NCBI RefSeq assembly: GCF_003231495.1
Contig: NZ_PQWO01000007.1
Location: 150,001-182,000, forward strand
DNA length: 32,000 bases
From: Acaryochloris thomasi RCC1774
Lineage (GTDB): Bacteria; Cyanobacteriota; Cyanobacteriia; Thermosynechococcales; Thermosynechococcaceae
Reading direction: 5' to 3'
A program made the translations under genes and the position numbers. The stretch's first letter is position 1. The number at the start of each line of letters is the position of its first letter. The notes beneath the pieces are model-generated. The model saw only the letters and a program-made list of their open reading frames with translations. It ran no database searches and was not told where the DNA came from. This document shows, in pieces, positions 1 through 9,736 of the stretch.

Positions 1-176
1 AGCAGGCCGCGCTAAAAGACTTAGAACAAGCATTGAAACTCTACAAAAAAGCAGACAAGTATCGCCAAGAGCGTGCTGTGGAAAAGCAAATTAAAAAGGT
101 GAAATCCAGTAAAGGGGCTTCTGAGTCAGAAACCTCCGCTGCCGATGCCTCCACCCCAGAACCTCCCGCTCCCTAG
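1..176 (+). CDS. 3' end of a CDS running in from upstream (helical/TPR-like C-terminus, low-complexity tail)
   Basis: Frame 3 is open from the window edge to TAG at 174-176. Hand translation gives QAALKDLEQALKLYKKADKYRQERAVEKQIKKVKSSKGASESETSAADASTPEPPAP*. It is too short for the ORF track. Confidence 0.4.
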   Translation, partial: QAALKDLEQALKLYKKADKYRQERAVEKQIKKVKSSKGASESETSAADASTPEPPAP

Positions 177-183
177 GTGCAGC

Positions 184-570
184 TCAGCGCTCTGGCTTCG
201 CCGCCTTTAACCGAGTACACCACCAGCTCTGCGCTTCAGACGTGAGCTTCGTGGTGTACAGCGTCATCACAAAAATAGCCCCTGGCTGACCGTAGTTTAA
301 AAGCTCAACGCAATAAGAGGCATAGCGACGCGTCGCCATATCGACTACTAAGCGACGACCAATCCGCCGCCAGCTTGGTTCTTTGCTGTGCCACTGCAGG
401 CGGCAGCAGGGCCAAGGGAGCTGTTCGCGGTCGTAGAGACGACAGCAGGGGCCAATCACCCGATAGCTAAACTGCTGTCCCGAACTCTGGAAAATATACC
501 CTGTGGGCCAGGGATGCTCAGGGACAGGGGGATCAAGACGATTCAAGCTGGGATGAGCGACAGGAATCAC
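184..570 (-). CDS. hypothetical Cys/Trp-rich protein (128 aa)
   Basis: It is the only long ORF filling the 355-nt gap downstream of the kinase gene. It is co-directional with hemC and the kinase and overlaps the kinase 3' end by 38 nt. It carries a duplicated PCCRL motif (GPCCRLY...WPCCRLQW). I recognise no family. Confidence 0.4.
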   Translation of the reverse strand: MIPVAHPSLNRLDPPVPEHPWPTGYIFQSSGQQFSYRVIGPCCRLYDREQLPWPCCRLQWHSKEPSWRRIGRRLVVDMATRRYASYCVELLNYGQPGAIFVMTLYTTKLTSEAQSWWCTRLKAAKPER

Positions 571-1561
571 GGTGGTGAGCGTCTAGGAACGATTGGACTT
601 CGGCTGCGGTGGGCTGAGATGCGATCGCACCTGGCTTGAGCGTAGCCAGCGCACCCACAGCACTAGCATATCGAATCATCTCCTTGAGCAGAGAGGCATC
701 CTGGAAATCTCCATGATAATGAAAGTCTCGCGCACAGCACTGATGCAGAAAACCGGCTAAGAAAGCATCACCTGCCCCTGTCGTATCGACAACGGGAACT
801 CGAAAGGCCTCTGTGTGGCCGCAGCAAGCCGAGATTTTATACCGACATCCTTTTGCCCCTGCCGTGACTAGCACCCCCGCCTGCGGATATTCTCGGGCAA
901 TCTGTTCTGGATCGGTTGTATTGAAAAGCCACTGCGCTTCTTCCTCTGACAGCTTTAGCATTTGGACCTGCTGGAGCAGATCCAAAATCATGGGTTTGGC
1001 TAACGTCGGCTGAGGCCAAAACATCGGCCGCCAATTGATATCGATCCAAACCTTGACACGGTGCTTCTGGGCCAGCCGCAGCGCCTGAACAATTGCGCCA
1101 CAGGTCTCTGGATAGGCCAGCGCTAGGGTGCCCATCACGAGGTAGTCTGCCGTTGCGAATAAAGACTCAGGCAGGGCATCCGCCTGTAGATAGGCATCGG
1201 CAAAGTCGGTGGTTTGATGGTCACCAAACCCCGAGAAGATGCGATCGCCTGCCTCTGATCTCGTCACGTAGACTTGGCGCGTGGGCTCCTCCCGCTGCTG
1301 GATGCCCGTTCGATCCACCTGATGTTGGTCAAGCAGCTCTATCAATTGCTGCCCCCAGCGGTCCTGTCCCAGGCACCCGATGAAACCCGCCGTTGTTCCC
1401 AGCTTGGCCAGGGCGCAGGCAACGTTCGCAGGTGCGCCACCTGGGTAGGGCGTCCAAGATTTGACTTCAGTGAAGGGCCGTCCTAGCTGATCGGCGAGGC
1501 AGTCCCACAGAACTTCCCCTAAACAGAGAACCTGAGGACTGTTCTGCACATCAACGACCAA
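533..1561 (-). CDS. PfkB-family carbohydrate kinase (fructokinase-like)
   Basis: 342-aa ORF. It has an N-terminal LCLGEVLWD...GGAPANVA motif and the C-terminal PfkB signature DTTGAGDAFLAGFL. It starts 3 nt after the hemC stop. Confidence 0.85.
   Translation of the reverse strand: MVVDVQNSPQVLCLGEVLWDCLADQLGRPFTEVKSWTPYPGGAPANVACALAKLGTTAGFIGCLGQDRWGQQLIELLDQHQVDRTGIQQREEPTRQVYVTRSEAGDRIFSGFGDHQTTDFADAYLQADALPESLFATADYLVMGTLALAYPETCGAIVQALRLAQKHRVKVWIDINWRPMFWPQPTLAKPMILDLLQQVQMLKLSEEEAQWLFNTTDPEQIAREYPQAGVLVTAGAKGCRYKISACCGHTEAFRVPVVDTTGAGDAFLAGFLHQCCARDFHYHGDFQDASLLKEMIRYASAVGALATLKPGAIASQPTAAEVQSFLDAHHRDSCRSSQLESS
621..628. repeat. HIP1 octamer GCGATCGC (representative copy of a dispersed repeat)
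   Basis: Exact GCGATCGC. Further exact copies found by eye start at 1241, 1961, 5100, 7744, 10096, 11917, 13726, 15425, 15881, 17985, 19133, 27774, 29330, 30172 and 31408. Confidence 0.9.
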
Positions 1562-1564
1562 GGG

Positions 1565-2521
1565 CTATTGTGCGTTTTGACGGGCTTCAGCAAAGATCTC
1601 ATCAAGGATCTCTTGAGCACCCTGCTCCCGCACCTTTGCTGCCAGTTCACTGCCCAGCGCTTCTGGATCGGTACCGGTCACCTGATCTTTGATCAATCGC
1701 TTACCGTCTAGGCTGGCCACCATACCCACAAGCGTTAGCTGATCGCCCTCAAAGCTGGTGTTGACGCCAATGGGAACCTGGCAGCCGCCCTCTAGTTCTC
1801 GCAGAAAAGAGCGTTCGGCAAGGCAGCGAAGCGTACTGGGCTGGTGGGCTAAGCCCTGTAAGATTGACAAAATTTCTTCGTCACCCTCTCGACATTCAAT
1901 CCCCAAAGCGCCTTGGCCGACGGCGTGGAGCGAGATCTCTGCTGGGATGGCCTGATGGATGCGATCGCCAAAATCTAGGCGCTGTAGACCGGCCACTGCC
2001 AAAATAATGCCGTCATACTCTCCGGCATCTAGCTTGCCGAGCCGCGTGTTTAGATTGCCCCGAATATCTTTGAACTCCAAGTGCGGGTAATGGTAGCGAA
2101 GCTGGGCCAAACGCCGTAAAGAAGAAGTCCCAATCACGCTGCCTGCCGGTAGCGTCTCAATTTTATATTCTTGATAGTCGGCGTGAACCACCAAAGCGTC
2201 TGCGGGGTCAACGCGCTCGGTAATTACGCCCAATCCCAACCCCTCAGGCAGCATTGTGGGTAAATCCTTGAGGGAGTGAACGGCCAAATCAGTTTCCTGC
2301 TTGAGCATGGAAACCTCTAGCTCCTTGGTGAACAGACCCTTATCACCAATCTTCGCCAGCGCTACATCTAAGATATTGTCGCCCTGCGTGCTCATTGTGC
2401 AGACTTCAAAGGTGTGGTCGGGATAAAGTCGCTGGAGTTCGCCTTGAACCCAGTGTGTCTGAACTAAAGCCAGTTGGCTCTTACGGGAACCAATACGAAT
2501 AGTGGAGCTAGGGGCGGACAT
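1565..2521 (-). CDS. hemC: hydroxymethylbilane synthase (porphobilinogen deaminase)
   Basis: 318-aa ORF with the classic HemC N-terminus [18 protein letters not shown], plus [11 protein letters not shown] and the CQVPIG cofactor-cysteine region. Confidence 0.95.
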   Translation of the reverse strand: MSAPSSTIRIGSRKSQLALVQTHWVQGELQRLYPDHTFEVCTMSTQGDNILDVALAKIGDKGLFTKELEVSMLKQETDLAVHSLKDLPTMLPEGLGLGVITERVDPADALVVHADYQEYKIETLPAGSVIGTSSLRRLAQLRYHYPHLEFKDIRGNLNTRLGKLDAGEYDGIILAVAGLQRLDFGDRIHQAIPAEISLHAVGQGALGIECREGDEEILSILQGLAHQPSTLRCLAERSFLRELEGGCQVPIGVNTSFEGDQLTLVGMVASLDGKRLIKDQVTGTDPEALGSELAAKVREQGAQEILDEIFAEARQNAQ

Positions 2522-2695
2522 AGATGTTTAAAGTTACGACCAGGATATTGGACGGCCAATCCTTTAAAGATTGACTTAAAACCAGCTTACAGAATTCCGG
2601 GGAACACCTCACAGAAGATGTTAGCCCCCAGACAGAGTTTCTAGGGCCTGAAAGGCAGATGGGTCTTCAGAAGCTGCTACTGAGACCGTGGCCCT

Positions 2696-2746
2696 GCGCA
2701 ATCATGATGTAATCTAAACTACGAGATTCATCATGATGTTTTGCGC
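2696..2746. repeat. long imperfect inverted repeat / hairpin in the hemC-tpsB divergent intergenic region
   Basis: The left arm atcatgatgtaatct (2701-2715) pairs with agattcatcatgat (2724-2737) with one bulged A and an 8-nt loop, aaactacg. Outer gcgca (2696-2700) pairs with tgcgc (2742-2746). The inner stem is followed by gtttt. Confidence 0.6.
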
Positions 2747-2942
2747 TCTCAGTTCCTAATTCAGGGAACGATGTCATGGGTCAGAAGCGTTTACGTTGAA
2801 TCTATAGTGATATCTGCGACTCTCGTTCATTAGAACGTTCAAGCTCAACTCCTCCAAGGTCAGCTCGTGGTGCTGCTCAAGTTTGCGGCAGCCTTTCTCA
2901 CGGTGCGTTATAGGACTCTACCAACTTTGCTGAGGCTCGTTC

Positions 2943-4757
2943 ATGCAACCTGCGTCGTTTTCGATCATTCTCCGACTTTGCCAAAGCTATCTGCTGTGCT
3001 TCTGTTGTCTTGGCAGCACCGCTTTGGCGCAAACGCCACCGGGGCCTGAAGCGCCAGGTGGAATTCCTGATGGCCTATTGCCTGAAGATGCACCTGACGA
3101 GCTAGATCGTCTCAACCCTATTCTACGCCCTCCACTGGAACCTGTGCCCCCTCGAGTATTGCCCCGAGAGGAGCCGCTCCCGCCTCCAGAGGAACTCCTG
3201 CCGTCACCTACGCCTCAAGCCCCTCCGGCAGATTTACCTGGAATCCCTGGGCAGATCACGGTTAAAGCCTTCCGCGTTGTGGGCAGTACTGTTTTTACTG
3301 AGGCTGAGCTAGCTAAGGTAACGGAGCCGTTTACGAACCGTCCGGTCACTTTTGCGGAGTTATTACAGGCTCGGTCAGCCGTTACCAAGTTTTATGTGGA
3401 TAATGGCTACGCTACGTCGGGGGCTTTTATCCCGGCTGATCAGGTGATTGAAGAAGATACCGTCACTATTCAAGTGATTGAAGGTTCCCTTGAAGATATT
3501 CGCATCACGGGCAACAATCGCCTGAACTCCAGCTATGTCAGACGGCGTCTGCGGCGAGCGGGACGGTCCCCACTGAAGGTTGATCGCCTGTTGGAGGCGC
3601 TGCAGCTCCTGCAGCTTGACCCTTTGATTGATAATTTGTCGGCTGAGCTGTCGGCCAGTGCCCAACCCGGTTTAAGTTTGCTCGAGGTGGCGGTCACGGA
3701 GGCCGATAGTTTCAGTGTGCAAGTTGGGCTAGATAACTTGCGATCTCCCAGCATTGGCAGCTTCCAGCGCCAAATTCAGGTGGAGCAGCTCAATCTATTC
3801 GGGTTCGGGGATGCAGCTCGCTTGGCCTATGCCAACACCGACGGCAGTAATCAAGTGAATGTCAGCTACACCGTTCCGGTCAATGCTAGCAACGGCACGG
3901 TGGGCGTAAATTTCAGTCAAGCTTGGAGCCGAGTGATTGAAGAACCCTTTGATCTGCTCAGTATTAGGGGCGTATCGCGAGATCTCAATGTGGCCTATCG
4001 CCAGCCTATTTTGCGTCGGCCCAACCAAGAGTTTGCCCTAGGTCTGAGCTTTGGCCGCCGTGAAAGCGAGACTTCCATTGCAGATCCTTTGACCGGGGAA
4101 CGCATTGATTTTCCGTTTCCTGGCTCTGGTTCTGACGCGTCTGGGCAGACAAAGGTGACGGAGCTTAAGTTTGCTCAAGAATTTACAAAACGCGATCAAA
4201 AGACGGTGCTGGCTCTGCGGTCTGAGTTCGCGCTGGGACTCGATGCTTTGGGGGCGACGGATAACCTAGAGTCTCCCGACGGGCAGTTTTTTCTCTGGCG
4301 GGGACAGGCCCAATGGGTGAAACGTCTTGCGCCTGACACCTTGGTGCTGCTGCGATCTAATCTTCAGTTTGCAGATCGCCCTCTGCCCTCTCTGGCGCAG
4401 TTTGGCTTGGGCGGCGGAGATAGCGTGCGCGGCTTCCGGCAGGATTTATTGTTGGTAGACAATGGTGTTTTTGGGTCTGCTGAGGTTCGAATCCCTATTC
4501 TGAGGGTTGCTAGGCGGCAGGGGATTCTTCATGTTGTTCCGTTTATCGATGTTGGATATGGTTCGAATATCGGAGAAGACCGCAGTATTGACGGCTCGAA
4601 TACTCTGTTTGCGGGGGGTGTGGGTCTACGCTGGCAGTGGAACGATCGCATCACTGCGCGATTAGATTGGGGTGTACCGTTTACGGAGGTGGGAACAGAG
4701 TCGAGTGGTTTTGACAACAGCCGCGTGTTCTTTTCGATCAACGCGACCTTATTCTGA
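2943..4757 (+). CDS. ShlB/FhaC/HecB-family (TpsB, Omp85-type) outer-membrane secretion/activation protein
   Basis: 604-aa ORF. It has a signal-like N-terminus ending ALAQ and a Pro-rich linker. A POTRA-type segment follows (ITVKAFRVVGSTVFTEAELAKVTEPF...FAELLQARSAVTKFYVDNGYATSGAFIP...VIEG), then a C-terminal beta-barrel ending in F. Confidence 0.85.
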   Translation: MQPASFSIILRLCQSYLLCFCCLGSTALAQTPPGPEAPGGIPDGLLPEDAPDELDRLNPILRPPLEPVPPRVLPREEPLPPPEELLPSPTPQAPPADLPGIPGQITVKAFRVVGSTVFTEAELAKVTEPFTNRPVTFAELLQARSAVTKFYVDNGYATSGAFIPADQVIEEDTVTIQVIEGSLEDIRITGNNRLNSSYVRRRLRRAGRSPLKVDRLLEALQLLQLDPLIDNLSAELSASAQPGLSLLEVAVTEADSFSVQVGLDNLRSPSIGSFQRQIQVEQLNLFGFGDAARLAYANTDGSNQVNVSYTVPVNASNGTVGVNFSQAWSRVIEEPFDLLSIRGVSRDLNVAYRQPILRRPNQEFALGLSFGRRESETSIADPLTGERIDFPFPGSGSDASGQTKVTELKFAQEFTKRDQKTVLALRSEFALGLDALGATDNLESPDGQFFLWRGQAQWVKRLAPDTLVLLRSNLQFADRPLPSLAQFGLGGGDSVRGFRQDLLLVDNGVFGSAEVRIPILRVARRQGILHVVPFIDVGYGSNIGEDRSIDGSNTLFAGGVGLRWQWNDRITARLDWGVPFTEVGTESSGFDNSRVFFSINATLF

Positions 4758-4886
4758 TGTACAGCGACATCGACTCTAGAGGCCTTAAGATGGTCATATT
4801 GGCCGATCAAAACTAGGCCAATTTTGTAATACTTCGCTCATCGACGTATAGACGTATATTAATCTGACGCGACCTGGAATATATAC

Positions 4887-6116
4887 ATGGATACTAAGGC
4901 CTTTAAGCGATCCCTTCATCAGTCTGAGCAGTACCATCGCCGAGGATTTGGCCATGAGGCGGCGGTCACCGATCTGCTGCACCGTGAATATAACAGCAAT
5001 CTGATTCAACAGATCCGAGAGCAGAACTATTTTCTCCAGCGAGGAGAGGTCACCATTCACCTGGCAGAGTCCTTCGGTTTTTGTTGGGGTGTCGAACGTG
5101 CGATCGCACTAGCCTACGAGACTCGCCGTCAGTTTCCCACCGAACGGATCTGGATCACCAACGAAATTATTCATAACCCTTCCGTTAATCAGAACCTGCG
5201 TGACATGAACGTGGACTTCATTCCGGTACTGGAAACAGGAGAGAAAGATTTCTCTGTCGTAGAAGGCAATGGTGACGTTGTGATTCTGCCCGCCTTCGGT
5301 GCCAGCGTTCAAGAGATGCAGTTGCTCAACGATAAAGGCTGCACAATCATGGATACCACCTGCCCGTGGGTGTCTAAAGTCTGGAACTCTGTAGAAAAGC
5401 ATAAAAAAGGGGACTACACCTCCATTATCCACGGCAAATATAAGCACGAAGAAACCATTGCTACTAGCTCCTTTGCCGATAAATATCTGGTGGTCCTTAA
5501 CCTAGAAGAAGCGCAGTACGTTGCCGATTATATTTTGGATCCAGCAGGGCGTCGTCAAGAATTCCTTGATAAATTTGCCAGTGCTCACTCCGTTGGCTTT
5601 GACCCTGATATCGACTTAGTGCGGGTGGGGGTTGCCAACCAAACCACGATGCTCAAAGGGGAAACTGAGCAGATCGGGAAGCTGTTTGAGCGCACCATGA
5701 TGCGCAAGTATGGTCCCGCTGAAGTCAATCAGCATTTCTTGAGCTTTAACACCATCTGTGACGCCACACAGGAGCGTCAGGATGCCATGTTTGAACTCGT
5801 AGATCAGCCCCTTGACTTGATGATGGTGATTGGGGGGTTCAACTCCTCTAACACCACTCACCTCCAAGAGATTTCAATCGAGCGAGATATTCCCTCCTAT
5901 CACATCGATAGTGCGGCTCGGCTCGGTCCTGGCAATCGCATTGAGCATCAACCCCTCAATCAAGACCTAACGGTTACAGAGGGCTGGCTACCAGACGGCC
6001 CCATTGTTGTGGGCGTCACGTCTGGAGCCTCGACCCCCGACAAGGTGGTCTCAGATGTTGTTGAGAAAATCTTTGAGCTTAAAAATAAAACTGTAGAGCT
6101 GGTTTCAAACGCCTGA
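4887..6116 (+). CDS. ispH: 4-hydroxy-3-methylbut-2-enyl diphosphate reductase
   Basis: 409-aa ORF of the long cyanobacterial/plant-type IspH (LytB) form. Motifs seen: [37 protein letters not shown]. Confidence 0.95.
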   Translation: MDTKAFKRSLHQSEQYHRRGFGHEAAVTDLLHREYNSNLIQQIREQNYFLQRGEVTIHLAESFGFCWGVERAIALAYETRRQFPTERIWITNEIIHNPSVNQNLRDMNVDFIPVLETGEKDFSVVEGNGDVVILPAFGASVQEMQLLNDKGCTIMDTTCPWVSKVWNSVEKHKKGDYTSIIHGKYKHEETIATSSFADKYLVVLNLEEAQYVADYILDPAGRRQEFLDKFASAHSVGFDPDIDLVRVGVANQTTMLKGETEQIGKLFERTMMRKYGPAEVNQHFLSFNTICDATQERQDAMFELVDQPLDLMMVIGGFNSSNTTHLQEISIERDIPSYHIDSAARLGPGNRIEHQPLNQDLTVTEGWLPDGPIVVGVTSGASTPDKVVSDVVEKIFELKNKTVELVSNA

Positions 6117-6124
6117 AACGACCT

Positions 6125-6709
6125 CTAAGAGCCACAGTCACGGGAACGCAAAAAGCCGTCTGGCATCACTGTATTGCAGAGTATGGCTCTCTCAAGGTCG
6201 GCTAAATCGACCTGGGCACCCCTGAGATTTGTGGCTCTGAGCAATGCACCCTCGAGGTTTGCGCCTTTGAGGTTCGTGCCGTTTAGAGTTGCCCCTCGTA
6301 AATTCGCACCGCTTAAATTAACGTCACTTAGATCTGCCCCATTGAGGTTGGCGGTGGCAAGATTTGTGTTGGCAAGATTTGCGGCAGCTAAGGTTGACTC
6401 TTCGATTTTGAGGCTTTGCAGATTTGCGCCCTCTAGATTGGCATTGCTTAAATCACTGAGCGTAAACGTGGCATTCTTGAGTTTTGCCTCCTGTAGGTTG
6501 GCCCCCTGCAGATTCTCTTTGCGGAGCCGGATGCCTTCGAGATCACAGCCTTCGCAATTGGCGTCTTTGCGCAGGACTTGAATGTTTTTAATCGCGGCCC
6601 GAGAGACGGGGGTCAGGCTGATCTGATCGGCGCTGGCTTCCCCCATCGGCAAGCTCCACAGCAAAACCATCATTACTAGCAACACAGCTTTTTTCACAAT
6701 GTTCGTCAT
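6125..6709 (-). CDS. secreted/lumenal pentapeptide-repeat protein
   Basis: 194-aa ORF with an N-terminal signal peptide (LLVMMVLLWSLPMGEASA). It is followed by uninterrupted A(D/N)LxX pentapeptide repeats (ANLEGANLQS..., ANLNGADLSDVNLSGANLRGATLNGTNLKGANLEGA). Confidence 0.9.
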   Translation of the reverse strand: MTNIVKKAVLLVMMVLLWSLPMGEASADQISLTPVSRAAIKNIQVLRKDANCEGCDLEGIRLRKENLQGANLQEAKLKNATFTLSDLSNANLEGANLQSLKIEESTLAAANLANTNLATANLNGADLSDVNLSGANLRGATLNGTNLKGANLEGALLRATNLRGAQVDLADLERAILCNTVMPDGFLRSRDCGS

Positions 6710-6855
6710 CTATCCACCTCGTTCAAGTGCCGGAGTTATGCTCGATGTCTCTTGCTGGCGCGGCTTTGAGTCCGCTGTCAACAGCGCAACGCCGACAATT
6801 ATAGGGGGCGTCAGACGGTGAATTTTGACTTGGAGACAAAACGTAGGATTGCTCG

Positions 6856-8088
6856 ATGAGTCGTCTATTCTCAAATCTTGAGTTCCGCCAAGATGGCCTG
6901 AAGCATCGACCCGGCAGTCAATGGGGTTGCACCGCTCTGATTGCGGGAACCACGGTGGGGGCCGGGATTTTGGCGCTACCTGCGGTGACGGTGGGGGCGG
7001 GCGTGATTCCGTCTACGGTGATGCTGCTCGGAGTGTGGCTCTATGCCTTAGCGGCGGCCTTACTAATTGTGGAGGTGAATGTACAGACTCTTTGCGTTGT
7101 GGGTCGTCCAGGGCTGGGGCTGTTGGCGATGATTGACTCTACCCTGGGCAAGGCAATGGCCTGGACTGCAGCGGTCGCCTATCTATTTCTGCACTATGCC
7201 CTACTGGTGGCCTATGCGGCTCAGGGCGGCGATATTCTCGTCACTGCGCTTCAGCCTCTTGTGTCGTTGTCTTTCCCCACTTGGATGGGGATTTTGGGGT
7301 TTACGCTTCCCCTCGGTAGTTTCGTGTGCTGGGGGCGAACGGGTTGGGTTGAGACCTTCAATTCGATCCTGGTGGGTCTGATTCTCTGCTCATTTTTCGG
7401 CTTGCTGTTGTTCGGAGTGCGGCTGGCGGATCCGAGTCAGGTCCAGCTCCAGCACTGGCAGCTTGCCCCTCCTGCTGTTTCAGTGATGCTGGTGGCGCTG
7501 TTCTATCACAACGTGATCCCGGTGGTGACCACTCGCTTAGAGGGAGACATTCGCAAGATTCGTCAGTCCATTGTCGTGGGATCTGCTATCCCCTTGGCAA
7601 TGTTCCTGTTGTGGAATGCCGTGATTCTTTGCTGCATTGTGCCCGATGGCCTTCAAGATAGTCTGTTTGATCCGTTGATGGTGCTGCAGAGGCAGTATCG
7701 TGGTGCCGCTCTGGGGGATTTGATTGCGGTTTTTTCAGTGGTTGCGATCGCAACCTCCTTTATTGGCTTCACCTACGGACTCCTCGATCTTTTTCAAGAT
7801 CTGTGGTCAGCAGAAGCGCCTCGTCTACCGCTATATGCACTGACCCTGATCCCCACTCTCAGCCTAGCCACCTTGAATCCCGCTATCTTTTTTACCGCCC
7901 TCGACTATGTTGGCACCTTCAGTATTACGATTTTGGGCGGTATCTTCCCCACCGTGATGGCCTGGAAGCAGCGGCGGCAGGCCCCAAATGCCCCCGACCT
8001 GCTCCCCGGTGGGAACTTCAGCCTAGCTTTGATGCTGCTCTGTTCCACCACTGTGATTGCCACCCACCTGCTCAGCTCCCCTCTCTGA
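6856..8088 (+). CDS. amino-acid permease, aromatic amino acid (Tyr/Trp, HAAAP-type) transporter family
   Basis: 410-aa polytopic membrane ORF. The N-terminal signature IAGTTVGAGILALP is typical of the TyrP/Mtr-type family. Confidence 0.75.
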   Translation: MSRLFSNLEFRQDGLKHRPGSQWGCTALIAGTTVGAGILALPAVTVGAGVIPSTVMLLGVWLYALAAALLIVEVNVQTLCVVGRPGLGLLAMIDSTLGKAMAWTAAVAYLFLHYALLVAYAAQGGDILVTALQPLVSLSFPTWMGILGFTLPLGSFVCWGRTGWVETFNSILVGLILCSFFGLLLFGVRLADPSQVQLQHWQLAPPAVSVMLVALFYHNVIPVVTTRLEGDIRKIRQSIVVGSAIPLAMFLLWNAVILCCIVPDGLQDSLFDPLMVLQRQYRGAALGDLIAVFSVVAIATSFIGFTYGLLDLFQDLWSAEAPRLPLYALTLIPTLSLATLNPAIFFTALDYVGTFSITILGGIFPTVMAWKQRRQAPNAPDLLPGGNFSLALMLLCSTTVIATHLLSSPL

Positions 8089-8153
8089 GGCAAAGGTTAA
8101 GTTTCATGTCATAATTTAACCTGAAGATCAAAACCTACAAGAAGCGTCAAGCC

Positions 8154-8489
8154 ATGTCTAGTGAGACAAAAACCAACACTTCCCTAAAGCGCTATGAGTG
8201 CAAGTCTTGCGGCTACGTTTACGAACCCAAGGAAGGCGATAGTCGGCGCGATATCCCGGTGGGGACACCCTTTGAAGAACTCCCTGAAGACTGGACTTGC
8301 CCCGTCTGTCGGGCCGAGACCAAGCAGTTTATGGATATTGGATCAGTGGGCGCCCCCTCAGGTTTTCAAGAGAACCTTGGCTATGGCATCGGCGTCAATT
8401 CGCTGACGCCCGGTAAAAAAAATCTACTCATCTTTAGCGTATTGGGTCTCTTGGCTTTGTTCTTGCTAAGCTTCTATAGCCTAGGCTAA
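8154..8489 (+). CDS. rubA: membrane-anchored rubredoxin (PSII-associated RubA type)
   Basis: 111 aa. It has rubredoxin CxxC...CPxC motifs (YECKSCGYVYEP...DWTCPVCRA) and a C-terminal transmembrane helix. It sits in the conserved position immediately upstream of ycf48-psbEFLJ. Confidence 0.9.
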   Translation: MSSETKTNTSLKRYECKSCGYVYEPKEGDSRRDIPVGTPFEELPEDWTCPVCRAETKQFMDIGSVGAPSGFQENLGYGIGVNSLTPGKKNLLIFSVLGLLALFLLSFYSLG

Positions 8490-8535
8490 GGCCCCTGACC
8501 TTAAGGCTTAATATCTTAAAATTTGTTTTCCTGAA

Positions 8536-9573
8536 ATGGCTTCGCCATCCGCCCTTAAAATCATGCGATCGATACTGAAATTTTTACAACGAACGACAAT
8601 GCTGCTGGCAGCCGTTGTGCTCTGTGCTGCCTGTCAGTCTCTGCCCGCGGTTGAGACATTGTCCTGGGAGCCCGTGACCCTGCCCACAGAGGCCAGTCCT
8701 TTGGACGTTGACTTCATCTCCGACGATCACGGTTGGCTGGTGGGAAGCGAATCAACCCTGCTGGAGACCTTCGACGGCGGCAAGTCTTGGGAACCTCGCT
8801 CCCTCGAGCTAGGAGATTCTGAGTATCGATTGACGTCTATCAGCTTTTCTGGTGACGAAGGCTGGATTGCTGGTGAGCCTGCACTCTTGCTGCACACCAC
8901 TGACGGCGGTAAATCCTGGTCAAAGATTGGCCTGAGCGCCAAGCTGCCGGGTATTCCTAAGGTTATTACAGCTCTGGGGCGTGACTCTGTTGAAATGGCT
9001 ACCGATCAGGGCGCAATTTACGAGTCCAATGATGGTGCTCAGCACTGGGATGCCAAAGTGATCGAGTCGGTGGGAATCACCCGCAACATTCGCCGCTCAC
9101 CTGGCGGTCAGTATGTTGCCGTCTCAGAACGCGGCAACTACTACTCTATCTGGCAACCCGGCATGAGAGCCTGGGAGCCTTACAATCGTAACGATTCGCG
9201 CAAGCTGCAGCGCATGGGCTTTGACACCAATAATCAGCTTTGGATGCTCAGTAGAGGCGGTCAGATTCAGCTCAGCGAAGGGACACCCTTCGGTGGCGAA
9301 GAAGAATGGAGCGAACCCATTCGTCCGAACTCAGGCGGGATCGGCCTTCTTGATCTAGCCTATCGGACCCCCAATGAACTCTGGGCTTCGGGGGGCAGCG
9401 GCACGCTGTTGCGCAGTACCGATAACGGCGAGACTTGGGAGCAAGACGTGACGGTTGATAACATTCCTAGCAGTCTCTTTAAGGTGATCTTTGTTTCCCC
9501 TGAGCGCGGGTTTATTACCGGGCAGTCCGGCGTCCTGCTGCGCTATATTGGCGGAAATTCCCAAGCGGCTTAG
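8536..9573 (+). CDS. ycf48: photosystem II assembly factor Ycf48/HCF136
   Basis: 345 aa. It has a signal/lipoprotein-like N-terminus (LLAAVVLCAAC) and repeated beta-propeller motifs (TxDGGKSW, TDNGETW). Synteny between rubA and psbE supports the call. The true start may be an internal Met. Confidence 0.93.
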   Translation: MASPSALKIMRSILKFLQRTTMLLAAVVLCAACQSLPAVETLSWEPVTLPTEASPLDVDFISDDHGWLVGSESTLLETFDGGKSWEPRSLELGDSEYRLTSISFSGDEGWIAGEPALLLHTTDGGKSWSKIGLSAKLPGIPKVITALGRDSVEMATDQGAIYESNDGAQHWDAKVIESVGITRNIRRSPGGQYVAVSERGNYYSIWQPGMRAWEPYNRNDSRKLQRMGFDTNNQLWMLSRGGQIQLSEGTPFGGEEEWSEPIRPNSGGIGLLDLAYRTPNELWASGGSGTLLRSTDNGETWEQDVTVDNIPSSLFKVIFVSPERGFITGQSGVLLRYIGGNSQAA

Positions 9574-9672
9574 ACGCGAACGCGAGGTGCCCTGGCGATA
9601 GCTTTTTCCTGGGAAAAAGTTCAGTCAAAGACCCTCGCAATCACCGATCATTGGATTTCCCTAAACTTTTAC

Positions 9673-9701
9673 TTGTGGGAGGTTCTGCGGTCTCGTATGA
9701 T
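9673..9701 (+). promoter_or_regulatory. candidate sigma70-type promoter for psbEFLJ
   Basis: TTGTGG (9673-9678), a 17-nt spacer, then TATGAT (9696-9701), about 35 nt upstream of the psbE start. This is a pattern match only. Confidence 0.3.
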
Positions 9702-9736
9702 ATGTAACATGCCTGTGTTGATAGGAGGTTCTTGAA

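Noticed and set aside
388-639. 83-aa plus-strand ORF
   Set aside because: It is antisense to the PfkB kinase 3' end and to the 128-aa ORF. It has no motif and its composition is Gly/Arg/Ala-rich shadow-like.
6174-6581. 135-aa plus-strand ORF (FAPLRF... repeats)
   Set aside because: It is exactly antisense to the pentapeptide-repeat gene. The periodic repeat keeps the opposite strand open. It has no start context and its low-complexity product mirrors the repeat.
9602-9619. CTTTTTCC-TG-GGAAAAAG hairpin after ycf48 as a terminator
   Set aside because: The stem is A/T-only and weak, the loop is too small and there is no following T-run. ycf48 may well read through into psbE.
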